A stretch of 49,662 bases of DNA, counting the filler, from Jimgerdemannia flammicorona (taxonomy: Eukaryota), in NCBI GenBank assembly GCA_003990765.1. It is 2 parts of 2 records of this genome, joined end to end, with 100 filler letters (N's around TTAATTAATTAA, not from the genome) between each part and the next. Parts side by side here need not be neighbours in the genome. Positions count along the whole stretch, not along the records: positions 1 to 24,782 come from RBNJ01000924.1; 1 more part is not named here. One strand, 5' to 3'. Position 1 is the stretch's first letter; the number at the start of each line of letters is the position of its first letter. The notes under the pieces were generated by a model. The model worked only from the letters and a program-made list of their open reading frames with translations. It ran no database searches and was not told the DNA's origin. This document shows positions 10,849 through 22,900 of this stretch, one piece after another. Made by a program: the position numbers and the translations under genes.

Positions 10849-12908
10849 TGTAAGAGGGTTGCTTTTTATAGTAACCATTATATAGTTCTGGAAGGGTTTT
10901 CTGGAAGTTCTGGATATTCTGGAAGACCATTTTTTCTTATGGTCAAGATCAATTTCATATGGAGTACATCCTCTACACTTATTGATTTCAAGATCGGGTT
11001 GACGTCTCAACCAAAGTCCTTTTTTTGGACTAGTTCTGGATGTTCAGGATTTCCATATTTCAGGAAGTTCAAGAAACTAAGACCAGCTTAGTTTAATTGG
11101 TGTATCGCTGCAGACAATACCTAATTAGGAAATTTCGTAAAGGAGTTAGGAGTAGGACCTAACAGGGAGCGGATTTACTTAAGAGTGGTTTGGGGGTTAT
11201 TGAATAGATTTATTTGCTATTTATGATATTGCTATACTAGGAGTAGTTGTGTGAAGGGATATTGTGGGGAAGTATTCAGGAATGTTCTTGTATGTTTGAG
11301 TCTGAGATTCTGAGGTCTGGGGGAGGGGGTATTTATACTGGTGAGGGGCTATCTGGACTATACTAAATATGGATGTAGCACTAAGTGCCTTGCTGAGTCG
11401 GAATGCAGTCACATAGTACAAGTGTGATCTGACATATCAAGAGATCGTCTGACTGCTGAGTCAGTTCACAGTTATGTCAAATAAAGCTAATCTAACTATA
11501 CTATGACTGCTAGGCTATTTATAGGTTTAGGTGCTGTCTGGGTAGTCCTTGATGACATCACTATCAATTGCATCATCTCTGATAAAGTAGTCATCTAGGA
11601 AGAGTGGTTCACGGATTACTTCTCCTTGTTCACTGAGATAGTAATATATTGGGACTTCATCTCCATCTCACAAGATAGCATTGTCTGTCTTGTAGGCTGG
11701 ATAAGGTGTTGGTGGACAAAGGATGGGTGTATCATCTTCGCTTTCATTGGATTCACTGTCTGCATACCTTTTATAGGTTACAGCACTATGAGTTGCAGGA
11801 TTATAGTAAGCTGGCAGCTGTGGTTCATGTTGCTCATACTCAGGTGGTGGAGTGGTTGGTTCAATCTCGAGGGTTGTCTGGAGGTACAGGTTGTGTTCTC
11901 CGGTCTCTTTATTGTAGTTGAAGTAATTGGGAGTGAATACTGATTGGTATTCATGCCAGTGGTCATTGTCCCAATAAGTCTCATATATAGTTATGAACTG
12001 TTGTAAGTTCATTGGCAAGGTTGGCGGTGTGATCAGGGTTGGCAGAGATTCTGGACTAGAGGTTATGTCGGCGTCAGAGGGATCATTGTCTTCTGCTTCA
12101 TCTTCATCGAAGTGAATTATATCATAGATGTCTTTCATGGCATATCCAACTTGGGGCATTTGCAGGAATTGGTCATTAGGGTGTGGGAAGGTTCTGTCTG
12201 TGGTTTCGATGTACTCAAGGTACTTGTGGTTGAGTTCTTGTATCATGTCATCGATTTGGCCATAGGACAGAGTAGCGACCATTTCGCTGATAGTAACTCA
12301 GAGGCAGGGAATAAAGGTACTGTACTTGTAGAAGAGTTCTTGATGTTTGTGAGTGATGAGCTTCTGGTGTTGAGACATCTGGATAATGTCTGTGTCATGG
12401 TGGTGTTCAACTATGTCTTTCAGGAGGTGGCTGATCTGGTAGTAGCTTGAGATTTGTCTGATTTGATGGGCCTTGCTAAGCATGTTCAGAGCATTCCATT
12501 GGGCTTCCATGAAGTAGAGGGGTGCTAGGCTATGGATATTCATGAGGGGCAGAGGGGGTGTGGCTCGGTTGACAATGGCATTCCAAATATCAGCGTGGAT
12601 ATGGTTGTAGGGTCATGTTTGTGTGTTTGGAAGTTTGTAGTTGTTGTTGTTTGTTTTGGTTTTCTATTTCGATGTGTCTCGGTGCTCAGTATATATGCAT
12701 TTGGTCCTAATTGGTAAGATTCTGTTTGTGTAGATCTTGTATTCCGTGACTTTGTATTGACTCAGCTTTGTGCACTGTGACTTCGGTTTGACTCAGCTTC
12801 ATGATCAGGCAGGTGATTTCCAGATTTGTTCAGAGGTCATGTGAGATTTCAGTGGCTTGTTCAGAGGGTGATGTGTAATTTCGGTGGCTTGGAGGTTGTG
12901 TGCTTACA
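10849..12908 (-). repeat. 5' LTR of element B (~2.06 kb), containing the second copy of the U3 ORF (~11527-12616)
   Basis: Direct repeat of 2337-4373. ORF-track pieces 11668-12282 and 12298-12543 match the 3' LTR ORF. Confidence 0.95.
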
Positions 12909-15900
12909 AGAGATGACACAGATGGTGTGAAATGGAGTTGTTCAAATGCATTTTGCTATAATATGTTAGACTCTCCTTTACTTGGGCCTCTTCTTGTTGG
13001 TTATCCATAGTGTTTCTTTTTTACTGCAATGTTTGGTATTATATGTTTCCAGATAAAATATGTAGTCTTCTTTTGTTTATTATATATTCTGAAATCTCAG
13101 AGTTGCAAGTCCTTCCTTTGCTGGGGAGTAAGTGTTTCCATGTAGTTCTGGAGGGCTTCATATGCATTCTTCAGAGCTTCTTCTTTTTCCCAAGTGGCAT
13201 CATAGGTGGGGTAACCCTTCCACTTGATCAGAAAAAACTGCTTGACTGTTTTGGGATATTTGTAGATCTTGTGGTCAAGTACTTCCTCAATTTTGAATTC
13301 CTTGTGATCATTGATCCTAATTGGGGGTGGTGGTGGAACTATATGCTCAGAGAATGGGTTCTCATGGTAGTCCACCAATTGGCTGATATGGAATACTGGG
13401 TGTACTCAGATATTGTGAGGGAGTTGCAACTTATAGTTGACTTCGCTGATCTTTTCCACAATCTTGTATGGTCCAATTCTTCTAGTATAGAGTTTTTTAG
13501 CTAGTTATTGTGCTAGGGTATTCAGGTGGAGGTGATCTGTTCTAAGCATGACCATGTCACCAATATTGTAGGAGACTTCTCTTTGCTTCAGGTTTGCATA
13601 CTTGATCTGGTAGTCTTGTATTTCTATGAGAGTATCTCTTGTCATTCGGATAAGATTGGAAATGATCTTAGCCAAATCTTGGGCTGCTGGGACTGCTGAT
13701 TTTGTGGTAGTACTTGGGGTCCTTGGGTGTTAACCATGGTTCAGGAAGAATGGAGTCTTCTTCATAGAGGTTTGCTGACTATTGTTGTAGGTAAACTTGG
13801 CATGGGCTAGGTACTTGTCCCAATCATTTTGCTTGTAACAGCAGAAGATACTAAGCATCTGTTAGAGAGTTCTGTTGATTCACTCAGTTTGACTGTCAGT
13901 TTGAGGGTGGTAGGCAGTAGAGAACTTCAGCTTGGTTCCATGGAGGGAAAAGAATGCCTTCCAGAAGTTGCTTATGAACTTGGTATCTTGGTCAGATACA
14001 ATGGTGCTAGGTATGCCATGTAGTCTGAATACTTGATTGAGAAAAATCTCAGCAATCTCTGGTGCTGTAGTGGTGGTCTTGGTGGGTACAAAATGGACTT
14101 GTTTACTTAGGTGGTCCACAAATACCACGATGGCATCCTATCCTGCCTTGGTCTTGGAGAGTTGGACAATGAAGTCTATTGCAATCTGATCCCAGTTGTG
14201 ACTCGGGAATGGTAGTGATTGCAGAAGTCCTGCTGGTAGCTTGTTACCACTTTTGAACCTTTGGCACATCTCACAAGAGGCCACAAAGTCTTTGATATCC
14301 TTGGTCATCTTTGGCCAGTAGAACTCTCTTGAGAGGAGGTTGTAGGTCTTTTCGAAACCAAAGTGTCCTACTGTAGGAGTATCATGGAGTTCCTACATGA
14401 TCTTGAGTTGCAGAGTATTATTATTGGGTACAACCACTCTGTAATGGTCCCTGTAGATAAGTCCATCATGATAAGTGAATCTCTTGGCCATTTGCCTCAT
14501 GGGTTCTGGGACCTCGGCCTCTGGGTCTTGGCAGAATTGAAGGAAATTCATCAGGGGGCTATCTTGCTAGTAGCCTTCCTTGATCATCTGGGTGAGGTCT
14601 TCAATTACTTCAACCATAAAGACAAGTTCATCTTCCATGTATCTGGAGAAACCATCAGCCACACAGTTGGTTTTGCCTGGGATATACTTGATTTCCATAT
14701 CAAAGTTAGCAATGATTTCCATCCAGTGGGCTTGTCTGTGGGTCAGCATAGGCTGTGTGTGAATATACCACAGTGTATGGTGATCAGTATAGGCTACAAA
14801 TGGCTGTCCTAGGAGGAAGTGGCACCATTTCTGGAGTGCAGTGACAATAGCCAGAAGTTCCTTCTTATGGGTGATATATCGGGTCTCAGCTGGCTTGAGC
14901 TTTTGGGAAAGGTAGGCCACCGGGCAGTCTTCTTGGCTGAGTACTGCTCCAATAGCAATATCAGAGGCATCCATGGTCAGAGTTAATGGCCTGGTAGGGT
15001 CAGGTGCAATTAGCACTGGGGCCTCAATAAGGAGTCTCTTGAGATAGTCCATAGCCAGGGTGCATTCAGGGGTCTATTCAGTTTTGATGTTTACTCCTTT
15101 GCAGGCCAGGCTGGTCAGTGGGGCTGCAATAGCAGAGTATTCTTGGATAAACCTTCGGTAATAACCAGTAATACCCAGAAAGTACTGGAGTAGCTTGAGG
15201 GTTGTAGGGATAGGAATATCCTTGGGGGCTGATACCTTTTGGAGGTCCACATTGATACCTTCAGCAGAGATGATGTGTCCTAGATATTCAATCTGGTCTT
15301 GATAGAACTTGCTTTTGCTCATCTTGGCATAGAGCTGGTGTTCTCACAGAAGGGTCAGTACTTGTCTGAGGTGGGTGTAGTATAGCTCTACTCTCTCACT
15401 GTAGATTAGTATATCATCAATATACACAAGGGCACAGATGTTGAGAAGTGGTCCAAAGATGTTATTTATCAGATATTGGAATGTTGCTGGTACATTGGTC
15501 AATCCAAAAGGCATGACTCAGAACTAGTAGTGTCCAAACTGTGTTTGGAAAGCTGTCTTCTCAATGTCCTTCTCATCAATAAGAATCTGGTGGTAGCTAT
15601 TTTGCAAGTCTAGTAGGGAAAAGATCTTGGCCTTGAAGATTTGGTGTAGCAACTCATCAATCCTAGGCAAGGTATACCAGTTCTTGATGGTGACTTGTTG
15701 AGGACTCTGTAGTCAATACACATTCGCAGAGAGCCATCCTTCTTCTTAACAAATAGAATAGGGGCTCCAAATAGAGGGCAGCTGGGTTCAATGTATCCTT
15801 GGGCCAGTAGTTTGGTCAATTCATCTTTGAGGGTCTTGAGCTCAGGTTGGGCCAATTGATAGATACTTTTGTATGGGGGTTCAGATCCCAGAATAAGATC

Positions 15901-16814
15901 AATTCCATGTTGGATTTGGCACTTGGGTGGAAGTTCTTGGGGGTCTTGGAATATATCTTAAAATTCTTCAAACAGTTCTTAAGCTTCTGTTGGAATTGGG
16001 CTACTTGTAGCTTCAGTGACTTCTTGTACTATACAGATGAAGTAGGTGTTTCTCTTTTTTTGAGAGAGTCTCTTCATTTGAATGGCAGAGATGATTTCAA
16101 TTCTCTGGTGGTTGGTACCTTCCTGGGGTGTCAGAGTAATCTTTTGGCCTTCATGGGTCAGGTTAACCTTGTTGGTTCTCCAGTTGATGTCTGGGTTGTG
16201 CTGGGTCAACCAGGCTTTTTCTAGGATGATGTCTTGTCCTGGGAGGTCTACAATACTGAAGTCTAACTTCTCTTGATATTTGCCAATCTTGAGCAAAAGA
16301 TCTTTACAGATCTTGGTCAATGGTGCAGTTTTACTATCACCAAAGGTAATACTTCTTTTCTTGGTGGCTGGCCTGCTTTGGGCTCCAATCCTCTTAGCAG
16401 TCTTGGTGCTGATATAGTTTCCAGTAGCACTGCTATTAAGCAAGACATTGACATTCTGTCTGTGGACTTGGCCTGTAAACTTGATACAACTGTCCTCTTT
16501 CTTGATGGTATTGAGCTCTTCATCTTTATTATTGTCCCAATTGCTGTCAGTCTCCTTGAAGTCAGTTTCTCCCCATCCTTTACAAGGAGGGTTGTCTTGT
16601 TGGGGTTCCTCAGTCTGTTGGACTTGGCACTTCTCAGATTGAATTTTGAAAACTTTGGAGAGACATGCATGGCATTCACCAATATGTTCCATGCAGTACA
16701 TTCGAATAGAATGAGGGCATCATCCACATGGTGCATAACTATCTGCAATTCTCTTATACCAGTTTTCATCATCTTCCTTCATAGTAGTGACCTTTTGACT
16801 GAGAGGTTTGTTGG

Positions 16815-17200
16815 TTGATCCAAACCCTTTCTTGCTACGGTCTATCTGGGAGAGCTCGGGGACTTCTTCAATGGTGAGATCTTGACAGATTTCTTCAACA
16901 ATTGCTTGGACAATCCTTTGGTCTGTTTTGACTTCAAATGATGTGTCTCCAAAATTTCGCAAGATAATGTGGATTTCACCAGTAAATCCTTGATCAACTA
17001 CTCCTCCTCCTAGCCCAATGTTGAACTCTTTGACTAGGCTGCTTCACTCAGCAAGGCAGATGTATGTACCTTTGAGAGCTTGTATTGCAATTTCTGTTCA
17101 CACTATAGCATTGGTACTTGGTAGAATGGTGAGGTCTTGGCTGCTGTAGAGGTTATATCCAGTATCGGTTGGGTGGGCCTTAGTGGGAATGGTAATCTTA
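16815..17200 (-). pseudogene. dUTPase domain of element A
   Basis: PTKAHPTDTGYNLYS (I), E*SSL (II), GGGVVDQGFTGEI (III), QRIVQ (IV), DRSKKGFGST (V). Confidence 0.88.
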
Positions 17201-19186
17201 TATCATATCTTCTGTACTTTGATGACATTCTCAGGGTTCTTCTTTCCTGGGCCTTCTCCAATAACAGTAATGTTCTGATTACTGGGTTTGCCTGATCTGT
17301 TTCCCTTCTCAGGGAATTTGACTGAGATATGTCCTGCCTTTTTACAGATGAAGCACAATTCCTTTTCACAAAGCTGCTTCTTTTCATCCTCAATGGAAGG
17401 TCTGGGTCCTCTGGGGTTTCGCTGGTTCCTTTGATCATTCCTTTGATCATATCTTTGGTTATTCCTTTGATCATATCTTTGGTCATTCCTTTGATTATTT
17501 CTCCAGATAGGATTTCTCCTATCTTGGTTATCCTTCTTATATTCTTGATTTCATGGGGCTTGTGCAGCAAGAATTTCATGGGCTCTTCTTTGTACTTAGG
17601 CAAAGTACCATGAATAGTGGGGACATCCTTGGGGAAGACCTTGTTCCTTGATCTTCTGGGTAAGCCAGTCTGGTAGAGCTGCAAAAAGATGGTTGGCTCT
17701 GGTACCATTGATGGCCAAATTGTTCTCCTAGTAGGTAAGTTCAACAGTTTTGAGATAGGCATCCATTCTGGTGGCAAAGGTCTCTAGATCCTCTTTGCCA
17801 TTCTTGTGGAACTTCATCTGGGATAGTTTGTTCGAAGTTTCTTATATATAGGCCACATTTCAGAATTTGGTCAGTAGTAAGGCCTTAAGTCCTGGGCCTG
17901 CTTCATAGTCATCCCAACCTGGTCTATTGTTGGCAGGTGCTTGTCTATTGACTTGAGGGCAGGCTTCCCAAGTTACTGGGTGTTGTTCCAAGGTTTGCCA
18001 GAATTCGGCTACTGTTCCTGTAAAGAATGTGGCTACTGTTTCTACTTGTGCTGCTGATGTGGCAAACAGCTATTGAAGGGTACTGTTCTGGTTGTTGGTG
18101 AGCATTCCTATAGGCACTCGGTTGTCATTCCATTGGTTTGCTTGGTAGCCTGTATCAACTGCATTGATGAAGTTTTTGATGTTGCTATTTTTTCTACTGA
18201 ATGTTGGAATTCGCAAGGTCTTGATTGGTTTGTTTTGCTCAGTAATCTGTCCTACTATCTCTGCTAGTACTGCTAGCTGGGTAGTCAGTGCTACAATGTT
18301 GGTATCTACCATTATGTTGACTATTGGTGGTGGTCCTATTGGGGTAGATTCTTCTGAAGATTGTTCTGCTTGGTGGAGTTGTAGTACTGTATGACTTGGG
18401 GTTACTTGATTCCTGGATATCAAGTCAAAGAGTCCTATAAGAGAGGGTAAACTGAATCTCTGTATAGGTGGCTGGGTTGGTTCTGGGGTCTGATCTTCTT
18501 GACCTGTGATTTCTTGATAAATTCCTAGACCTGCTATTCCTCATTGGCTATCATCAGACTGGTAACCTGTAGAGTCTTTGTCTGACTCCCTTCCCTGATG
18601 AGATAGTGTGTCCTCATACTAACTAGGTCCTTCAAAAAGGATATCTGTCTCTGGCTGGATGGATGGGCCTGCTCCTTGTTCAGTAGTAGGGGATGGTTGG
18701 CCTGCTTGCTCATTCTTGTACCTGGTAATGGCAGAGGTGTAGTATACAACTAGCCTGTAGTAGATGGAGGTCTTGGTAGGGGTATGATGATATCTGTCAG
18801 AGGCAATCCACTCAGCAGCTGCTTCTCTTGCAGCAGGAGATGTGATATAATCTAGAAAATCCTGGGTGACTACAGCAGTAGATTCTGGGGTCCTAGTGAT
18901 TCCAATGTGTTCTTGGAGGAGTTCATAGAACCTACGGCAGCTAACAATGTTCCTAAGTCCTGGGTGGTATATCCTAAAGGCCTGGTATAGATTCTTGTAA
19001 GCCTGGTCAATTATAAGCTAGTGGGTCCTTGGGTCTGTAGTTTCCTGATACCACCTGGTCCTAATGGCAAGGGCTTCTCTGGCTCTGGTTTGAGGATCCA
19101 CAGTTGATTCTGGGGGTTACTCCTGTTCAAGGTTGGTCTTGTTCCAAATTCAGGAGTGTGTTCTTGATACCTTCTTGGCTGGTAAT

Positions 19187-19198
19187 CCACTGCTACCA
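19187..19198 (-). promoter_or_regulatory. Primer-binding site of element A (initiator tRNA-Met-like)
   Basis: Minus strand TGGTAGCAGTGG, 3 nt after the 5' LTR. Confidence 0.8.
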
Positions 19199-19201
19199 AG
19201 T

Positions 19202-19982
19202 TGTAATAACTCTCACTTCTACCCCTCTCTTATCCTTAGGATAATTAGGGAAGTAGACTATTACTTAGGGACTTAGTACACAATGTGTACCAAGAAGCCT
19301 TCAGTTGAGGAAGTGCTCACTTAAAGTAGTTTGTAGCGGCAGTGCCTTCTATTTCAAAGGTCTTTCTCTTGTACCCTATTTCAAGAGTCTTGTTCTTTGC
19401 TGTATACAGACTGAATTCGCCTTGGAATTTAGGTTCAATGGGTTTACTTAAGTCTTTGTGATTTGTATACTGGTCTCAGTTCTGGCAGAAGTTAGCTAGG
19501 CTTCTGGAGTTTAGTCAGAAACACTAGAGTCACTTAGATATCATTACTAAGACTCAGGGGAATGTGTATGTGTGGAGGGGACTTGATTCTTATTATCAAG
19601 GACTGAACTAAAACTGCTTTATTTTGGATGGAAACTGGGGGGTATTTATACAAGTTGGTCTGCAATTTCTGACTAAGTATGAGGTAACTATAATGAGGTT
19701 TGTGATCGCAATCTTTGTCAGGTGGTTTTTAGCAAAAAACAACTTTGTGATCAGGACCTCAATTACTAGGCAATGATCAGCTGCTGTGGCAACAGTTGCT
19801 GCAGTGCTGATTGTTGGGGATAAGCTGGATATCGTTTTCTGCGTCATTTTGGCATCGTTCGTTCATTTGTCATTTGTTATTCATATGCCGCACTTGATCA
19901 TATGATGACATCATCACCGCCGGATCACGTGATCACTCATCTCGTTACATCCCATCTGTTCGTGCTCTTTCGTTCTATTACA
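19202..19982 (-). repeat. 5' LTR of element A (~780 bp)
   Basis: Direct repeat of 230-1021, followed by the TSD GGAGG. Confidence 0.95.
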
Positions 19983-22900
19983 GGAGGAGGAAGAGGACTT
20001 GTTGGAAGCACTGGAAGAGTTGAGTGGTGCTGTGGAGCAGCAGGCGAAGGCTTGGAAGGCCTTTGAAGGGGTGACACACTTGGAGGTGGTGGATGGGAGG
20101 TGGGTTCAAGTGAACAAGGAGCAGTGGGAATGAGATCAGGGACATAAGAGATAGAAGGAACTGCTGGCAAAGATAGCAGGCAGATCTCCAAAGGATATGA
20201 GCAGAATGGTGGATGCAGGGGGTACCAAAGTGAGTGTCTGGGCAGGTGAGGGCAGTGGGAGTGCTGGGAAGGGGACCAGCGAGAACAGGGAGATGACTGG
20301 CAATGATCCATATGCTGATTGTATGTTTGAGGTATGGGAGGAGGTATGGGAGGATTCCCCTACCCCTACTCTCCTTATCAGGTGAGGCCCAGCTTCCTGA
20401 AGCAGGGTGGTGGAGGATGTGCCAATGTGGGGGGCCCAGCGAGTGCAATTTGGAGTTCCAGAGGTAGCAAAAGGGGGACAAGTAGTGGTGGCTGGTGAGG
20501 AGGAACTGGTAGACATCCCAGAGGAGTGAGATGAGGCTGCAAGTGCTGGGGCTGATACCACAATACTGGATGGTGGGAGGCTGGTGACTCTGGGAGGAAA
20601 GGAGGTGGGGAGCCTACTTTGGATATGCAGGATGATGAACAACCTAGTAGCCAAGGAGCTGAGAGGGTGAATCTCAGGGTAATGAGTGACAAGTATTAAA
20701 TGTGGATCCTGCAGGGGGATGAGATGGTGATGGCATTGAAGGTGGAAATTCTTGCAGTATATCTGGAGGAGGAAGGCTATGAGGTAGATAAGGAGCGAGA
20801 GGCAGAGCTAGTGGGAGTCACTGGAGAGAGGGCAGAATACTGCTAGACCAAGTATCATAGATTGCAGCTCTGGCAGAAAGCCTGTCTGGAGTACTGAGAG
20901 GAATTCAAGGAGAAGGCAGATGGAGAGATGAATGAGCTGTTGGCTGGATTGAAGGCTCAGAGGGCTGAAGAGGAGGTAGTGACTGTGGAATATAATCTGG
21001 ACTTGATACAGGAGGAGATGAATATAGAGCAGTAGAAAAGAGCTTGACAATACACTATTCTTTATTATGAATAGTATAACCAATGAATGTAAATGGGTTA
21101 CAGGATACTTATCAATGTAAGAACATTTTTACTTAGCTGAAGGAATTGGAGGTTAATCTCTTTCTCTTGCAGGATGTCAGGTGTGAGGATGATTTGGATG
21201 GACTGAAATGGATGAAGGAATGGAGAGGTGAGGCAGTTTGGAAGGGCAAGGTTGGGATTCTGGTATGGAAAGGCAGAGGGGAGATAAGGGATATGCAGGG
21301 CTGGGGGGATAGATTGGTCTGGGGTGAGTGGATATGCACAGGTTGAGAGCCAGTAATAGTGGGCTCCTACTACTGCTCTGCAGTATAGGGTGAGCATATG
21401 GATTGGGTAAAGGGCCTACAGGAGAGTAGGATTCTTATAGAGGTTGGGGTAGATATGCTCAGTGGGGACTTCAATATGGTCTGAGATGTATTGATGGATA
21501 GAACTGATAGAAGATGGGGAGCTGAGGGTTGGAGTGGAGGACTGGTAGTATGGGTGAAAGTGGAAAGACTGAGTGCTCTGGTAAATGTGGATAGAGAGTG
21601 TTGGGGGGATAGGAGGATGTACACACACTGGGCAGGGGGCCTGGGGATGAGAATTGATTGGATTCTGACAGCCAGCTGCTGGAGCTTGGATGTTTGGAAG
21701 TCACTGGAGGTGGAATGGTATCCATGGTCAGATTATTGGGGGCTTTTAGGGCAGGGGCATTTTAGAGAGAGTGGGGATGGGCCTGGACATTGGCATCTCA
21801 ATTCTACCTTATTAGATGATAAGATCCAGTGGAATGAGTGGGCTGCAGACATTCAACTAAGAGTGGAGTACTGGAGGCAGGAAGGTGCCCCAGTTGGTAT
21901 TCGGTAGATGAGGATGAAGGAGATGGCCAGGACCTACTGGAGTGAGGCTGGCAAGGAGGCTGGGAAACAGAGGAGGTGGCAGGTGAGATGGACTTCTAGT
22001 AGATTGTCTAGACTCTTGGAGGACTGGGTGAGACTGATGACATTGGAGGGGGAGGAGGATTGGAGATTGATAAGGGTGAAAATAGAGGTCGATGAACTAC
22101 AACAGGTGTTGCAGAATGAGGAAGAGGCAAGGGTACAGGGTTTAGTGGTGTGGCTTCATTGGCAGGGGTTGAAGGAAGGGGAGAGACTCTCAAAGTATCT
22201 CACAAGAGCCCTTCAGGTGAGAAGAGTGCAACAAAGGTAAGAGGGAGTAGTTAATGCTGATGGTATATTGGTGCACAGTGTACAAGACATTCTTGGATCG
22301 CTAAAGGAGCATTGGAGTGAATTGTAGAGTGAGGAGGAGGGTGGGGCAGATGCCGAAGCCATTGACTGAGCATTGGAGAATTGGCACCCTACATGAGTAG
22401 ATGGGCTGGGTGACTTGGTGCTGCCAGTACAAGAGGAGGAGATCCACCAGGTTCTTGCCATAACAATGCTGGGTATGGTGCCTGGGGAGGATGGTCTGCC
22501 CTGGGACTTCTGGAAGAAGATGGTAGGAGTTCCAGGAGTACTGGGTGAGATGATGGCACTGTGTGATTGGATTCTACAAATGGAGAGATGGGTGGGGGAA
22601 CAGGATCTGGGGCTGGTGACATTGCTTTATAAGAACAAAGGAAGGTGAGAGGACTGGAAGAACTGAAGGGTGTTTATGCTACTGGATATGGACAGAAAGT
22701 TGGTTACCAAGGTAGTGGTTGTGAGGCTGCAAAAGGTGGCCCAGAAAGTCCTGGGTATTGAGCAGAGGAGCTTTGTAAGAGACTGGCTCATTAGAGATGG
22801 CACAGCCTGGATTCATGGAGTTATTGAAGGGGCATGAGCCAGTGGACTGGATGGGCAACTGGTCTTTCTGGACCAGGAGAAAGCTTATGACTGGGTGCAG

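Larger units (their letters stand above)
2337..12908 (-). mobile_element. Full-length degenerate Ty3/Gypsy chromovirus LTR retrotransposon, element B (nested in A), with dUTPase and ~2-kb LTRs
   Basis: LTRs 2337-4373 and 10849-12908 with TGTAAG...CTTACA ends. TSD AGAGA at 2332-2336 and 12909-12913. PBS, PPT and the complete gag-pol domain order are present. Confidence 0.96.
13097..19199 (-). pseudogene. Element A gag-dUTPase-pol polyprotein (degenerate)
   Basis: Zinc knuckle CFICKKAGH (~17330-17360); PR VLLNSSATGNYI (DSG eroded); [28 protein letters not shown] and YIDD (~15415); RNase H MDASDIAIGAVL..KELLAIV..TDH; integrase HDTPTVGHFG and AYHPQTDSQTE; chromodomain EFKIEEVL..FLIKWKGYP..ATWE (13100-13300). 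Confidence 0.95.
230..19982 (-). mobile_element. Full-length degenerate Ty3/Gypsy chromovirus LTR retrotransposon, element A (outer), with dUTPase
   Basis: Paired LTRs 230-1021 and 19202-19982 with TGTAATA...TATTACA ends, 5-bp TSD GGAGG, PBS and PPT present. Minus-strand remnants run gag/CCHC-dUTPase-PR-RT-RH-IN-chromodomain. Confidence 0.96.

Noticed and set aside
2313..18394. Numerous + strand ORFs of 60-180 aa across elements A and B
   Set aside because: They are antisense shadows of gag-pol and the LTR ORFs, with no independent motifs.
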